From assembly GCF_026210795.1 (NCBI RefSeq), contig NC_089429.1:1116001-1180000 (forward strand): a stretch of DNA of 64,000 nt. Reading direction: 5' to 3'. Positions 11,644 through 24,530 of this stretch are shown here, piece by piece. The notes under the pieces were generated by a model. The model saw only the letters and a program-made list of their open reading frames with translations, searched no databases and was not told the DNA's origin. The position numbers and the translations under genes were made by a program. Source of the DNA: Rhizophagus irregularis (Eukaryota). Position 1 is the stretch's first letter, and each line of letters starts with the position of its first letter.

Positions 11644-13314
11644 ATGGCCTATTTTAAATTTAAGCATAAACACGTACTCATATTCATATTACTGATATTA
11701 ATTACAACATCATCAACCAATAGCACTTTTCAAAAGAGACAACTGGACCCTTGCCATGCCTGTTTTAAGAAAATTTGTGATTGCGGCGGTCATTGTGAAC
11801 TTAACGAATGCAATATACCTTGTGGAAAAATAATAACAGAAATTTTAACATGTACTTATACACAGAAAACTGTACAAACTATAATTTCACCTCCAACACC
11901 AACACCACCTCCACCTCCTCCAAAGACACTACCACCTTCCCCACCTCCTCCAAAGACACCACCACCTTCCCCACCTCCTCCAAAGACACCACCACCTTCC
12001 CCACCTCCTCCAAAGACACCACCACCTTCCCCACCTCCTCCAAAGACACCACCACCTTCCCCACCTCCTCCAAAGACACCACCACCACCCCCACCTCCTC
12101 CAAAGACACCACCACCTCCCACACCTCCTCCAAAAACACCACCACCTCCCACACCTCCTCCAAACACACCACCACCTCCCACACCTCCTCCAAAAACACC
12201 ACCACCTCCCCCACCTCCTCCAAAGACACCACCACCTTCCCCACCTCCTCCAAAGACACCACCACCTTCCCCACCTCCTCCAAAGACACCACCACCTCCC
12301 CCACCTCCTCCAAAGACACCACCACCTCCCCCACCTCCTCCAAAGACACCACCACCTCCCACACCTCCTCCAAAAACACCACCACCTCCCACACCTCCTC
12401 CAAAAACACCACCACCTCCCCTACCTCCTCCAAAAACACCACCACCTCCCCCACCTCCTCCAAAGACACCACCACCTCAACCTCAACCTCCAAAAGTTCC
12501 AGTACCAGTACCTCCACCAAAAGCGCCACCAAAGGAACCACCAAAAGAACCACTAAAAGCGCCACCAAAAGAACCACCAAATGAACCACCAAATGAACCA
12601 CCAAAAGAACCACCAGAAGAACCGCCAAAAGAACCGCCAAAGGAACCGCCAAAGGAACCACCAAAAGCGCCACCAAAAGAACCACCAAATGAACCACCAA
12701 AAGTGCCACCAAAAGAACCGCCAAAAGAACCACCAAAGGAACCACCAAAAGAACCACCAAAAGAACCACCAAAAGAACCACCAAAAGAACCACCACCACC
12801 ACTACCAAAAGCTCCACCGACACTAGGTGTAACACCAACACCAACCGTCCCTGCTAAAACAACACCTACTACTTGTACCTCTGGAGATGATCCTGAATGC
12901 TTTCCGCCAAATGTGTAAGTAAACATTTACTATAATAATAACCATTTATTTTTTTTTCAAAAATACTAAATTAATTTATCAATTAATAGTGTTCCGATAG
13001 TTACAACATATACAGAATCAGGTGTAGAAACGCCAACACCAGTCCCTGAAAACATAAAATTGACAACAACTGAAACAACACTTACATCATACTTTGCTGG
13101 TTATTCAACAACGAATTCCTTAGGTGATCCTACATTCGTCCCTCCATCCACTCTATATGTGGTGAAGAGTATGGCCGTTACTGAAGCTCCTACCAGTACT
13201 GTAGTTTCAGATTCTGCGACAATTTTACATGATACTAATAGTCATGGTTTATGGGGTGTTACTATGAGTTTGACCGTAATAACTGCAACTTTAATTTTTA
13301 TGATAATTGCGTAA
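11644..13314 (+). CDS. Secreted, probably GPI-anchored Cys-rich plus proline-rich (extensin-like) cell-surface protein. Exons 11644-12914 and 12990-13314, 531 aa
   Basis: Hydrophobic signal peptide, a KR dibasic site, an 8-Cys domain, Pro repeats, a Ser/Thr-rich stalk and a hydrophobic C-terminus (LWGVTMSLTVITATLIFMIIA). The intron GTAAGT...TACTAAA...TAG (12915-12989) joins the 11644 and 13060 ORFs in frame. Confidence 0.88.
11911..12795 (+). repeat. Coding tandem repeats: about 19 x 30 nt (PPPPKTPPP[S/P]-type, 11911-12480), then 12-nt PPKE-type units (about 12523-12795)
   Basis: CCACCTCCTCCAAAGACACCACCACCTTCC repeats directly, followed by CCACCAAAAGAA variants. Confidence 0.95.
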
Positions 13315-14237
13315 AAAAATGAAAAAAATGTAAAATTTTGCTTTGTTGTTTTATTTTTGTAAACTTTTGATATATACCCACAGTAAATATGCATTATATT
13401 AATTATATTATTATTTGAATTTCATAAAAGAATGTAATCGTTCGAAATATAGTTTTTTAGTATTATAACTTTTATTTTCACGTGAAATAACATTACTTCG
13501 AAATCTTCAGTTAAAACATTTTTTTATTTTTAGTACAAATAAAAGCAAAGAGCAAGAAATATTGTAAAAACTAAACACGAAAATGAAAAAATTTAAGAAA
13601 ATTTATAATAGATAGTGATTTAGAAAGTTGAGAAAAGCAAAAAAAAAACAATAAATAAAATAAAACAAGAACCAGTCTTGTAAATAATAATACAGGAATT
13701 ATAATAAAGCTAGATGAAAAGAATTGAATCGATAATTTTCTTCTGTATAAGAAAAATGTATTATAACCTTAAAATGTCCACTAAATAATAAATATTTTAC
13801 GAAAAAAAGCTCAAATATGTATAAAAAAAAAATAATTCTTCGACAATAGGATAACATAATTATTTTAATGAAATTAAGAAAGAAGAACTCAAGAATCCTT
13901 TTGTGAAATTAATAACAAAATCTTTCCTTATGTTGTTGGTGACCTGATCAATTGTCGTTTAAATTTCCACAGATGTAAGGATATGACGCATCAAGTTCTT
14001 GCGAAATTACATTTTGTGGTATCGAAATATCATTTATACCCTTATTATTAATTATTATGCACTGTTGCTAGTTGCGTTGAAATATAATTATGATTATTTA
14101 ATTGAATTTTATTTTTTGTTTTCGCTGTAACGCGAGATTTTCGAGAACTGGTTTTATTGTGAGTTGATAATGTGCTACAAAATTATCAGAACGCCAAATC
14201 TTTTACTACACCCAGGATAACTACAAATATACTTCCT

Positions 14238-14350
14238 TCACCAGGATCTTCCCCAGCGTCGCCCCAAGATTTTCACCCCACGTGACCTGCATAAAATGTC
14301 ACCCGTATCACACCTTGGGGCGATACTGGGGTAAATTTCACCAGGTGAGT
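14238..14350. repeat. GC-rich inverted repeat (possible MITE/foldback relic)
   Basis: CCCCAGCGTCGCCCCAAG is mirrored by CTTGGGGCGATACTGGGG about 45 bp downstream. Confidence 0.55.
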
Positions 14351-16067
14351 AATCACGTGACGTTTAAGATGTTCAAGTCTTTCAGGCCAATCACATGCGT
14401 AACGGCTCTTAGCAGAACAACTGGTTGAATTAGAATTGCGTTGAGATTTAGGGATGGAATCGGTTCAAAATGAGTTGACTTGAGCCGATTCTGGAACCGA
14501 TCTTAAATTTAAAAGATTCTGGAATAAAAACCGTTCTGAACTTCGAACCGATTTCGAACCGACTACTCAAATTGAGTGACGATCACACACAAACTATCAT
14601 TTGAAGGCCAATCAAAATTTTTCTGATTGATCATCACATGCTCTACTTGTGTCTTAAATTTGATTTATAAAAAAAATTTAATCAGTAAATGATAATTCAA
14701 ATAATTTTAAGCAAGGCAGGTTTCTTTAAACTAACCCTCGGGAGTAGTACTTCAATTTAAATTTTGAAATTAAAAGTACCTTATTAATACAAAATAAAAA
14801 TGGGATTAATGATCTCGTTGCATTAAAATTAGTAGCGGATGGAAGTAATATTAAAAATCAAGTTACAATTTTAAGATAATTAGAAGAATGTGAACCAAGA
14901 TTTATTGAATGTATTATTTAACATGCATTTTTACATATAAAATTTTTACATGAAAAAACCGCCTAAAAAAAGAAAAAACGAACAGTAAGTCATGTTCGTT
15001 AATATACACAAAAAGACAAAATAAAATAAAAAACAACACCCCGGTAAATAAGAAAAAAAAAATTTTTTTGAGTTATACCGAATCTTACCGAGTTTCTGGA
15101 GTAAAAATGATGAGCGTCCCGACCATCCCGTATATAACGAAATCAGCTGTAACCTCTACCGAGTTTTACCGAAATGCCGTACCATTTATTCAACTATAAT
15201 AAATAAATTACTTCATATGTAAATTATAGTAACTGAACTTGCTGAGTTACTATTAAAATAAGAAGGATCTTTTCTATTCCGAATATATTAAAAAAAAACA
15301 TTATAATCCTAAAAGTTTTTTAAGTGACGAAACAAGACATCCATCTCTTTTTTCATGAACGGTTAATGATAATAGAGAATCAGCTTTTTTTTTGCAAAAA
15401 AAGTATATTCATAGTTTATATATAGTTTTTTTAGTTTAACATTGTTATTTATACATATTAAAAAAAAAAAAAATCAAATCAGTTAAGTATAATGAAATTT
15501 TAAATCAATTTCCAGAAATTTCCAGCAATTAAAATAGATTTATCCATGTTTATTTTTATGGATATCGATACTAAATGTAAATTTTGAATCAAATAACTCA
15601 ATTTTGGTTATTACATTCGTTAGATCTTAAATTATTTACTTAAAATTATCAAAAAAAAAAGAAAAAAAATCAATACGCTTATGACATAAAATATGTTTAA
15701 CTTTATTTACATAAATAAAATTAATATGAAGGTAATTTATAAAATAATAGCTTAATTTTTATTTGGAAATTATGAATTGATTAATTATCTTTACTATTAA
15801 TATACTTTTCTCTAAAATTTTCTTTTAATTCATTATCATTCAATAATAATATAGACAAATTTTTTATTACATATGCCAATTTGTTCGTTGGACCAAACAT
15901 CTTTTTAATACATTTATAGACAAATTCATATATGAGTCAGAAATAATACTTTTAATATATAAATTTAAAACTTCAGATTATACGGATTTGTCAATTAGAA
16001 TTTGATTAGATTTTCCATAATCACATTAATAAATTAAAATACAACTTCCATTCTTGAACTCTGGTCT

Positions 16068-17705
16068 TTATTCATCAAAATTATTTATAAAACTATATGA
16101 ACTAAAATGTAAATCAGAGAATTTTTTAACTGTAATATTATATAATTTAAATTCATTTACTTCGTCTTTTAAAGAAAATAATTCATAATCATCATCATCA
16201 GAAATAATAGCCAAATATTTAACCCTTTCCTTCTTCATAATATATTCCTTTATATAAAATAAAATATTTTCACTTATATCATACCTAAATACAATTAATA
16301 ATTCCTTAATAAAAGTATTTTGTGAATTTTTTAAAAATATTCCCAGATCACTTGTATTATTAAATGAAAGATATAAATTTAAATATTCTAATTTAGGAGG
16401 AAGAACCTGTCCTAAATTTTGTAATATAGAACTTAAATCAGTATAATTAGAGTGAATAAAATCCAATCCAATAGTAAGATAATTAATATTATGCTGATTG
16501 TTTTTAATGAATAAGTAAATATTATTATCATAAGGTTTACCAGAATCAAAATATCTAATCTTTGTACAATATTCCATAATTGATTTAAATAATTGTCGTT
16601 TTGGTTCATTATATTCGTTACTCATATATTCAAATCCAAAATTTTCTAAATAATCACCAAATTTCTCTAATAGTAATTGTAATGATTCAACATGTAATAT
16701 TTCACTCATAAATAAAGATCTCAATTTAAATGGTTTATTAACCTTAATAATTTGTTGAACAAAATCAGAATTTAAAGAACGACAATATAAAATATGAATA
16801 GATTCTAAGACATTCAATTGATCAAAAACCTCTTGTAAAATACTAATTATATCCTTAAAATCAATGTAATAAAATATAATTATATTCAAAGTATTTGAAC
16901 AATTAGAATTTTTTAATGATAAAAATGGATTATATAAAGTAGTACCTAAATCAAATGAAATTTTTTTGAGATTATGTTGTGAATTAATTATTTGTGTTAA
17001 ACATTTTTCAATTAATGGACGATCACGAATGATATCATATAAAGGAAAATTTAAAACCATCGATAAGATTGAATTGCAATTAGAATATAAAAATTTTAAT
17101 AATTTAATAATATTTTGAGGATCATAATCATGAATACGGAATGTTAAATTTCTAATATTATATGTAAGGTTTGGATTTTGTAAAATCAAGTCTATATTAT
17201 TAAAATAGTAACTATAACTTGTAGACAGGTCGACTTCAAAAGAATATAAATTTCCTTCATTTTCAATAAAAATTTCGAGTAATGACTTATAAATTAAGTT
17301 TACTAGCTTCCCTTGGTTTTTACCCACTACAGTATCAACCCACGTTCGAATAGAACTTAAAATTTTATCTATATTTAAGTATTTAATAAAACTAGGATAA
17401 TTGAATAATAATGTATTTGAAGATATTAAATTATTATTAACTCCATATTCATATAATTTTGTTTTGACATCTTCATTTAATTTACTTAAGTAAATTTCAA
17501 TAAAGTGTTGATTTTTGAGATATTCCCTTGAAAATGGATCTTTCTTTGGAAATGGATCTTCCCATAATAATGGAATGGCTAAACGACACCATAATCTATT
17601 AATTAAAATGCATGAATACAATGTTGAAATATCTTTTCTAAAATACTGTATAATTTCTTCTGTTAATTCAGGTAAATCTCCTGAAAATATTTTTGAGCAT
17701 ACCAT
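16068..17705 (-). CDS. F-box-like/LRR protein, intronless
   Basis: MVCSKIFSGDLPELTEEIIQYF...LINRLWCRLAIPLLWEDPF. Complete ORF; the conserved ATG is at 17705. Confidence 0.9.
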   Translation of the reverse strand: MVCSKIFSGDLPELTEEIIQYFRKDISTLYSCILINRLWCRLAIPLLWEDPFPKKDPFSREYLKNQHFIEIYLSKLNEDVKTKLYEYGVNNNLISSNTLLFNYPSFIKYLNIDKILSSIRTWVDTVVGKNQGKLVNLIYKSLLEIFIENEGNLYSFEVDLSTSYSYYFNNIDLILQNPNLTYNIRNLTFRIHDYDPQNIIKLLKFLYSNCNSILSMVLNFPLYDIIRDRPLIEKCLTQIINSQHNLKKISFDLGTTLYNPFLSLKNSNCSNTLNIIIFYYIDFKDIISILQEVFDQLNVLESIHILYCRSLNSDFVQQIIKVNKPFKLRSLFMSEILHVESLQLLLEKFGDYLENFGFEYMSNEYNEPKRQLFKSIMEYCTKIRYFDSGKPYDNNIYLFIKNNQHNINYLTIGLDFIHSNYTDLSSILQNLGQVLPPKLEYLNLYLSFNNTSDLGIFLKNSQNTFIKELLIVFRYDISENILFYIKEYIMKKERVKYLAIISDDDDYELFSLKDEVNEFKLYNITVKKFSDLHFSSYSFINNFDE

Positions 17706-18447
17706 GTTAGTAAAGGAAAAGGGAAGAGTTCGTTTCAAAAATAAAATATCTTCAATTTCAGATTTGTACAATTTATTTAGTATTCCAAACACAAAAATTA
17801 CATGTAAATCATTCCTTTTCTGTTAATTCCGTGCGATTAACAAAGGATCTACTAATCTTACAAGTCCCTTGGTACAATTCCGGGTTGCCGATCTCTTTTA
17901 TTTGTTACATATGAAACCAACTTTGCTACGCAAATATTGGCACTGTTGGACTGCCGTATAACAAAAATACCCTAGATTTTACCTTTAAGGCTTGAGCAGA
18001 TAAAATATATAAGAAAGTAAATTACTTATGATAAACTAGTTGTATACTGAATATTCTAATCTAGATCGATATACCAATCTATATTAAAAATTCGATATAA
18101 CGACAAATATTCCTGAAAACAATTGTGGCTTATAATACTTTCAATAAATTCTTTTACAATACGACACAATTTACAGTATTTTTTTTTCAAAAAAAAAAAA
18201 AAAAAAATATTTTCATGATGACGTCATTATCATGTATCAGTCACGTCTATTCTTACTAATCAGTAATAAGAGAGATTATTGAAGACTACTAAAAAAGCAT
18301 GTTGCATAGCGCGTATTACTAAAATAAGATAGACTACAATCATGTGTCATTGTTATTTTGAACGTATATATAGCCTCAGAAACTTCGTAAATACCAAACT
18401 TATTCTCTTCTACTTTTCCACATATTTTTTTACACTTCTCAACGAAA

Positions 18448-19151
18448 ATGCAAGGTAAAGAAGGTACTATTGTCCTCTTCTTTCACATGAGGCTTCTTTG
18501 ATTAATAAAGGTCTATTAATCCCGGAGGAGGCATCGATTACGTGCCTTCCCTTATATTAAGAAATTTCATGCTTTTCCTCCCTCGCTGGTGGTAGGCTTT
18601 TCCTTCTATCCCTAGCTGGTGGTAGGCTTTTTACACTATTCTGGAATTTTTATTAAACCCATTTAATTTTTAATGTTAATAAGTGATCGAGATCTGTACG
18701 TCTGAGGACTTTTCAAATTTTTTCGCCGGACAAGATCTACAAAGTGTAAAATAACTTGATTATAAATTGGGTGGAATTGAAATTTTGAAATGTAAAAATA
18801 GTGCACATTAGAAGAACGGAAAACTTAAAGTAACTGTTATAATCAATGACTTATGTGAATTTTAAACATCAATAATTTCTAACAGATGATTCAAAATTTA
18901 GTTGGGGCCATTTACATTTTCAAATGAAAAAAGAAGCGATCCGATTTTATGATCTTGTTAAAGATCAACTACCAATAACGGGACCTTATGGAAAAAAATT
19001 TATATTCAAACGGGCCAGAAAGTCGAACAATGATTTAACTTTTCCAACCTCAAGACTAACTTCTTCGCTGTCATCTTCTACATCGGAATATAATGGAACC
19101 AGTACCAACAACGGCAGTGTTACCTCTTCTCGGGATAATCATAATAAATAA
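18448..19151 (+). pseudogene. Degraded small gene with RRM-like motifs
   Basis: ATG at 18448 (MQGKE, then GT donor). An RNP2-like DRDLYV*GL lies at about 18685-18711 with an in-frame TGA. After the CAG acceptor at 18885 it reads DDSKFSWGHLHFQMKKEAIRFYDLVKDQLPITGPYGKKFIFKRARK (RNP1/helix/beta4-like), then a Ser-rich tail. Confidence 0.4.
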
Positions 19152-19308
19152 CACACAGAACAAGGATGGAAAAAGCGTTACGAAATTAATAAGATATAGT
19201 GATCGGATAAACTAATATCACATTATTAGAGGCCTATTCCTTTTATATTTAACGAGAAGTGGCTGATTTATATGTATTTTTTTTGTAGAAATATATGAAA
19301 TTGTTACT

Positions 19309-22300
19309 AAATTCCTGATGGTTCGTCTATTTTTTAATATTATTAATAATATAATAAAATAATAAAATTTTTTTATTTATTAATTAATTATTTTATTTTA
19401 TTTTAGATAGATTTTAAACTATTTTTACAAATTTTATTGATAAGAATATCAGTCAATTATTATTTTATTTTGAATTATTTAAAACTAAGATTAGAGTATT
19501 ATGTAGTTTCTTAGTTTGTAATTTAAATAATTATTTTTTTCATATATTAAACTTATTCATTTATTAAATAAAGGTATTTACAAATTTATTATATATACTA
19601 CAAATTATTATGTGAATGTCGTATGATTTGTAAAATATATTAATTTTAAGTATTAATATGCTATTTATTTAATAAGTATTTTAATTAAAAAAGTTAATAA
19701 TCTAACAAATGATAAATTATTTATTCATTTCTAAAACATCAATTTTCGTATCTTTTGCATAATTCACCTTCTGTTCGTGCATTATAATTCAAACATCTAG
19801 GACATTTAAATAAAGAAGCCCTTTTAATTATAATCTTACAAATCCAATCAGGTAAATAAACTTCGTTAGTACATATCGAAGTATTATTTGAACAATTCTC
19901 AATCATTTCCAAAGACGAAGATATTGTTGCATCTGAAGTTGTAAAAATAGATTTTAAATCTAATAATTTAATACAAAAAGGATGATTAAAAAAATAAATT
20001 AAAGTTCTTTTAATGAACAACAATATGTATTACAGTACATTATCATGACTTTGTAATAAATGTATTAATTCTGAAGAATTTACATATAATTCTACATTAG
20101 ACTCTAAAGAACTTTTATATGTCTATATAAATAAATTTTAAATGTCATTTTTTTTAAAAAAAATGGATAATCAATCAAATAAATAAAACCAAAATATTAA
20201 AGCATACTTGTCTTTTCTGGCAGCTTCCTTTACTTCTTAAATGCTTTAAAGTATTCCACTCTTATTGCAAAGGTTGATTATTCCATTTTTCATCCTATAA
20301 TTAGTGAATATAATTAATTTTTTTTTAAAAAAAAAAGAAATAGCAAAATTACGTACCAAATCATACCACCCTAACTTGAAATAGTACACTATCAATTCCC
20401 TTATGCCTACAAGACACGGAACTATTGGTGATAATGATATAGTATATATATTTAAAACCTATAAAAACAAATTCTGATTAATAAATAAAAATATAATTTA
20501 CGAATATAACTTACTTCTTGTGAATTTAAGACGGAAAAATAATAAAAAATTATTAATTATAAAATTATAAACCTTTTTAATAAGACATATTCTTAATATT
20601 TACTTACTTGAATCAATTACTGGGAACTTCATAAACAGATTTGCTCACGATATTCTAATTCTGCTTCAGCTAAAGATGTACTAAAAAAAAAGATTAAAGA
20701 ATGAATTTAAATATTTTTGAGAATAAATTTACAAATACAAATTTACATTTTACGGCTACCTTAAAGAAGGAGGCCAATATATGGGTTTATTTTGCCTGTA
20801 AATCTATCCTTAAAAAAGAATAAGCTCGTCAATTTACTTTGGTAAAATAATAATAATACTTTCTTAGAGTCATGCTATAAAGCACCTGTAACTGTTTAAC
20901 TTCGTATTCATTTTCTAAATTCAACCCATTATTAAGAAAATACCATACGAAAAATTAAAAAAAAAATCGTAAAAAGCTTTTCATACCCAAAGTTCTTTAA
21001 AGAATTTCCCAATTTCCCATAATCCCATTATGCTCAACTAATAAATTCTTTTCTTTGAATTTCTATTCTAAAACGCTTTTTTGCTACTTCTCCAATTTGT
21101 AATGGCGTTAAATATTTTTCAACGTCCTAAAGAATATGTCATTTTATCAAAAATAATTATTTCGAATTATAATTGGACGGTAAAACAAATAATAATAATC
21201 TTACACTTAATTCGTTAATGCTTTTAATTCAATTGAAAACCATCGACAATCACATCCTGGAATTTAACTTAATAATATTAACGTACATAAAATATATAGA
21301 GTATACAAAAAAGTAATCCATATCAATTATAAAACTTACTTATGTAATACCTTATAACAACTGAATCTATAATGTCTTTTCAATAGCGTGTGACCTAAAA
21401 ATACATCAAATAATTTTAGATTTTTATAAAATGAATTAAAATGAATTAAAAGATGAAAATTACAATTACTTGTGTATAAGTTTCCATTCCATTAGCATAA
21501 TGTGGCCATCATGTGATATAAACATTACTTTTGGAATATTTTCTAATAATAAACAAATTTCAATAGCTAAAATATTTACAAAAAAAAAAGAAAGAAAGAA
21601 ACAAGTATCAAAAAAAAAAAAATCTTAAATACCTGCCATTTGTATAGATCTTTAAAGCATCGATCTTGAAACAAAATTTCTCTATTAACAGCATCAGCCC
21701 TTAATGGGAAGTTTTGTTTTTGGTAAAAATAAAGTATCACTATATAATTTACTTAAATCATTATTATTTCTTTTTTTTTTGATGATTCGTCAATTATTTT
21801 TGAAGAAAATTTTTAATAACAATGTCCTTGAAAATTTTAATGTAATTTATTTTCTTTTTCGTAATAAATTGTGATAAAACATAATTAAGTTAATTTTATT
21901 AATCGAGAGGAGAAAGATCTCGTCGATCAGCAAAAAAAAAAAAAATTTCACGACTGAAATAAATACTTGATTTTTTATTTGGTGTCCAAATTCGGTTGTG
22001 ATTTTCAATTTCTTTATATCATCTTTACGTGACCAACTTTTTCACATAATTAATTTAATTAATTCATCTATAAAATTTCACATCTTTACGAAAAAAAATT
22101 TTTTGGTTAGTGTCACGCATAGATCATTATAAAAAGTCATTTTGTTATCTACTGGAAAGAGGAATAAATATCTGGTTTATTTATTTTACGTAATTTCTTA
22201 ACAAAATTATTTTTTGTTATTATTTTACACATGCTTTTATAATTACTTTAAAAAATGTCATGTATTCATTTTATTATATATTAAAAAATAATAAATAAAA

Positions 22301-23625
22301 TAACCGTATATAATATATATTTTATCAATTAATTCTTTCCGTAAATACAAGTTTTAAATCAACGGGTCTCAATAAAAATTGAGGTGCTAATAATAATTTA
22401 TCCTTATTAATGCTATTTTTAGGGAGGGTCCAATTATATTTGAGCACTTTAAAAAATAAAAATGTTAAAAAGATATGTCATTAATTAATTTTAATTAAAT
22501 TTTAAATTATTATTATAAATAAAAAATTTTAATTACTTACATAACATTGAAATAATAACTTTTTGTTCCATTAAAGAAAAATTTTGTCCAATACTATAAA
22601 AATAAAAAGAAAAACAAATATTTTCAAAAACTTACTTTTAAGAAATCGATTAAATGATTTATTGGCTTAACGTTAGGGTATATAATTATTATTATACATA
22701 CCAATTTCTCGGACCAGCAGAAAAAGGAATCCAAGCAAATGGATGTCTTTTTTCGTTATTTAGGAATCTTTCAGGATTATATTGTTTTGGATTTTCCCAA
22801 TATTTTGGATCATGATGAATTTGCCAAGCATTTACTAGGAGTGTGGTGTTTATTGGCAAAGTATATTTATCAATCTTAACTGGTTTCTTTAATTTTCTAA
22901 AAGTTATTACTGGTACCGGTGGATGGATTCGTAAGGATTCTTTAATTATTGCACTAACGTATTTCAATTCCTAAATATATAATATTTTTGTTTTTTTTTG
23001 AGTATAAAATTAACTTGTAAAATATGAGAGCGGAATGATTATAATGATTTAATACCTTTAATTGATCCGAATTTGGTAGTGTATTTGGAAAGTTACCGAG
23101 AATACTAATCACTTCTGCTCGTGCCTTTTCTTGCATTTCCTATTTATTTTGAATTATAGTATATATCAAAATTTTAATTAAATAAAGAATACAATACATA
23201 TCATAATTTTTAAAAAACACTTACTGGATATTTTGCAAGATAATAAAGCGATACACTCAACGACATCGAAGTTGCTAAAAAAAAATTTTAAATGAGATGA
23301 TAAATAACAAATAATTCATCCCCTGATATCGAATGTTGTCTAAATAAATTACTTACTATCATGACCTGCGACAAAAAAATTTACCATCTCATCTCTTAAC
23401 TGTTTTACATCAGTATTAATTCCTTCCTGTTCACCAAGTTCTAACATACTTGTTAATAAGTCATGACCTTTATTATAAGGATTTTTTTTAATTTCATTTC
23501 TCTTTGTTTCTATAATATCAAAAATAAATCCATCAAATTCTTCGATTGCATTCATGAATTTTTTGTTAGATTCTATAGGTAATTTACTTATCCAACGAAA
23601 TACTCGACGGTAAGGAGATACAATA
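19309..23625. repeat. Segmental duplication copy A (kinase 3' tail, IleRS, 3' part of P450), paralogous to 33031-39243
   Basis: Collinear similarity including introns and intergenic DNA, starting at AAATTCCTGATGGTTCGTCTATT (19309 and 33031). Confidence 0.92.
19717..21882 (-). pseudogene. Isoleucyl-tRNA synthetase (mitochondrial/bacterial-type) pseudogene, internally deleted
   Basis: N-terminal TLFLPKQNFPLRA motif, a frameshifted HDG-PYANG region (about 21480-21520) and a C-terminal KCPRC..LCKR zinc finger. It lacks about 2.3 kb present in the other copy, including KMSKS, and has an early stop after the ATG. Confidence 0.85.
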
Positions 23626-24530
23626 GTTGAAATAACGTATTTATAAACCTTTATAATATGAGGAGTTTCTTCAGATTCTAAACACTTTATACATTTTTTA
23701 GTTTTATGTTAGTAATAACTTATAAACATGACAAACATGCCAAAAATTTTTCTCAAACTTACGCCAAATTTATATCCAAAAGCCAATTTTCCCAGAACTT
23801 CAATCGTAGTACGTTGCATAATTTCGAATACGTCAATTGGTCGGTTTAAATTTTGTTGAATGAAGGAAATAAGATCTAATGTAGTTTCACCAACCATTTC
23901 TGGAGATAATGCATTATTGAACGCTGGGGTTGCTAATTTCCTATGAGCTCTCCATTTCTGTAAAAAAAAGTTTAATTTTACTTAGAAAATTAATACGAAT
24001 AATAATATCAATGTTGAGTTACTTACGTCACCATTAGAAAATGGTAATCCATTTCCGAAAAATTTATATAAAATACTTGTAGGATTCTGTTCAGACTTAG
24101 GAGCAGCATCCTCTATCCAAATAATTTTATTAATTAATAATTTTTTTACTAAAATTCTATATTGAAAAAAAAAAAAAATTTACCTACCTGATTGAGTTAA
24201 TAAAATTTTAGCATAATCAGGGCTTGCAATGTTTAATTGTATAAATGAGCCGAAGCGACTCTAAAATTATTAAATATAATTTTTAGGATATACCGGTATA
24301 TGTACAGTTGTGTGTATCATGTGACATACAAAATAAAATCCATGACCTCCTGAGAGATTACGAATTAAATCTCCAATTTCATCGTAATTTCTTTGTCGTA
24401 AATATGCCCATGCTACGGGTAATCCAGAAATAAATGGAACATCTTCAAATCCTTCAGGTTTTTTATTTTTTTTAAAAGCATATTTATAAATAATAACCAA
24501 AATAATAGCGAAAAATATTAATCCAACCAT
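22325..24530 (-). CDS. Cytochrome P450, multi-exon, apparently intact
   Basis: N-terminal TM anchor, I-helix AGHD|T, ESLR (ExxR), PERF, and the heme motif FSAGPRNC|IG restored by splicing. GT-AG introns; stop TGA at 22325-22327. Confidence 0.9.

Noticed and set aside
11750..11855. 8-Cys domain as a CFEM or hydrophobin domain
   Set aside because: Cys spacing is much tighter than in CFEM and lacks the adjacent CC pairs of hydrophobins.
11808..12926. Gly-rich, Val/Glu-rich, Thr/Ser-rich and QKNH ORFs in other frames and strands
   Set aside because: These are alternative readings of the stop-free Pro-repeat DNA. Only the 11644 frame has a signal peptide and a spliced GPI-like tail.
18480..18720. 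Intronic TPP riboswitch or C/D snoRNA
   Set aside because: The TPP core motifs (CTGAGA and GAACCTGAT in proper order) and a convincing C/D box pair with terminal stem were not found.
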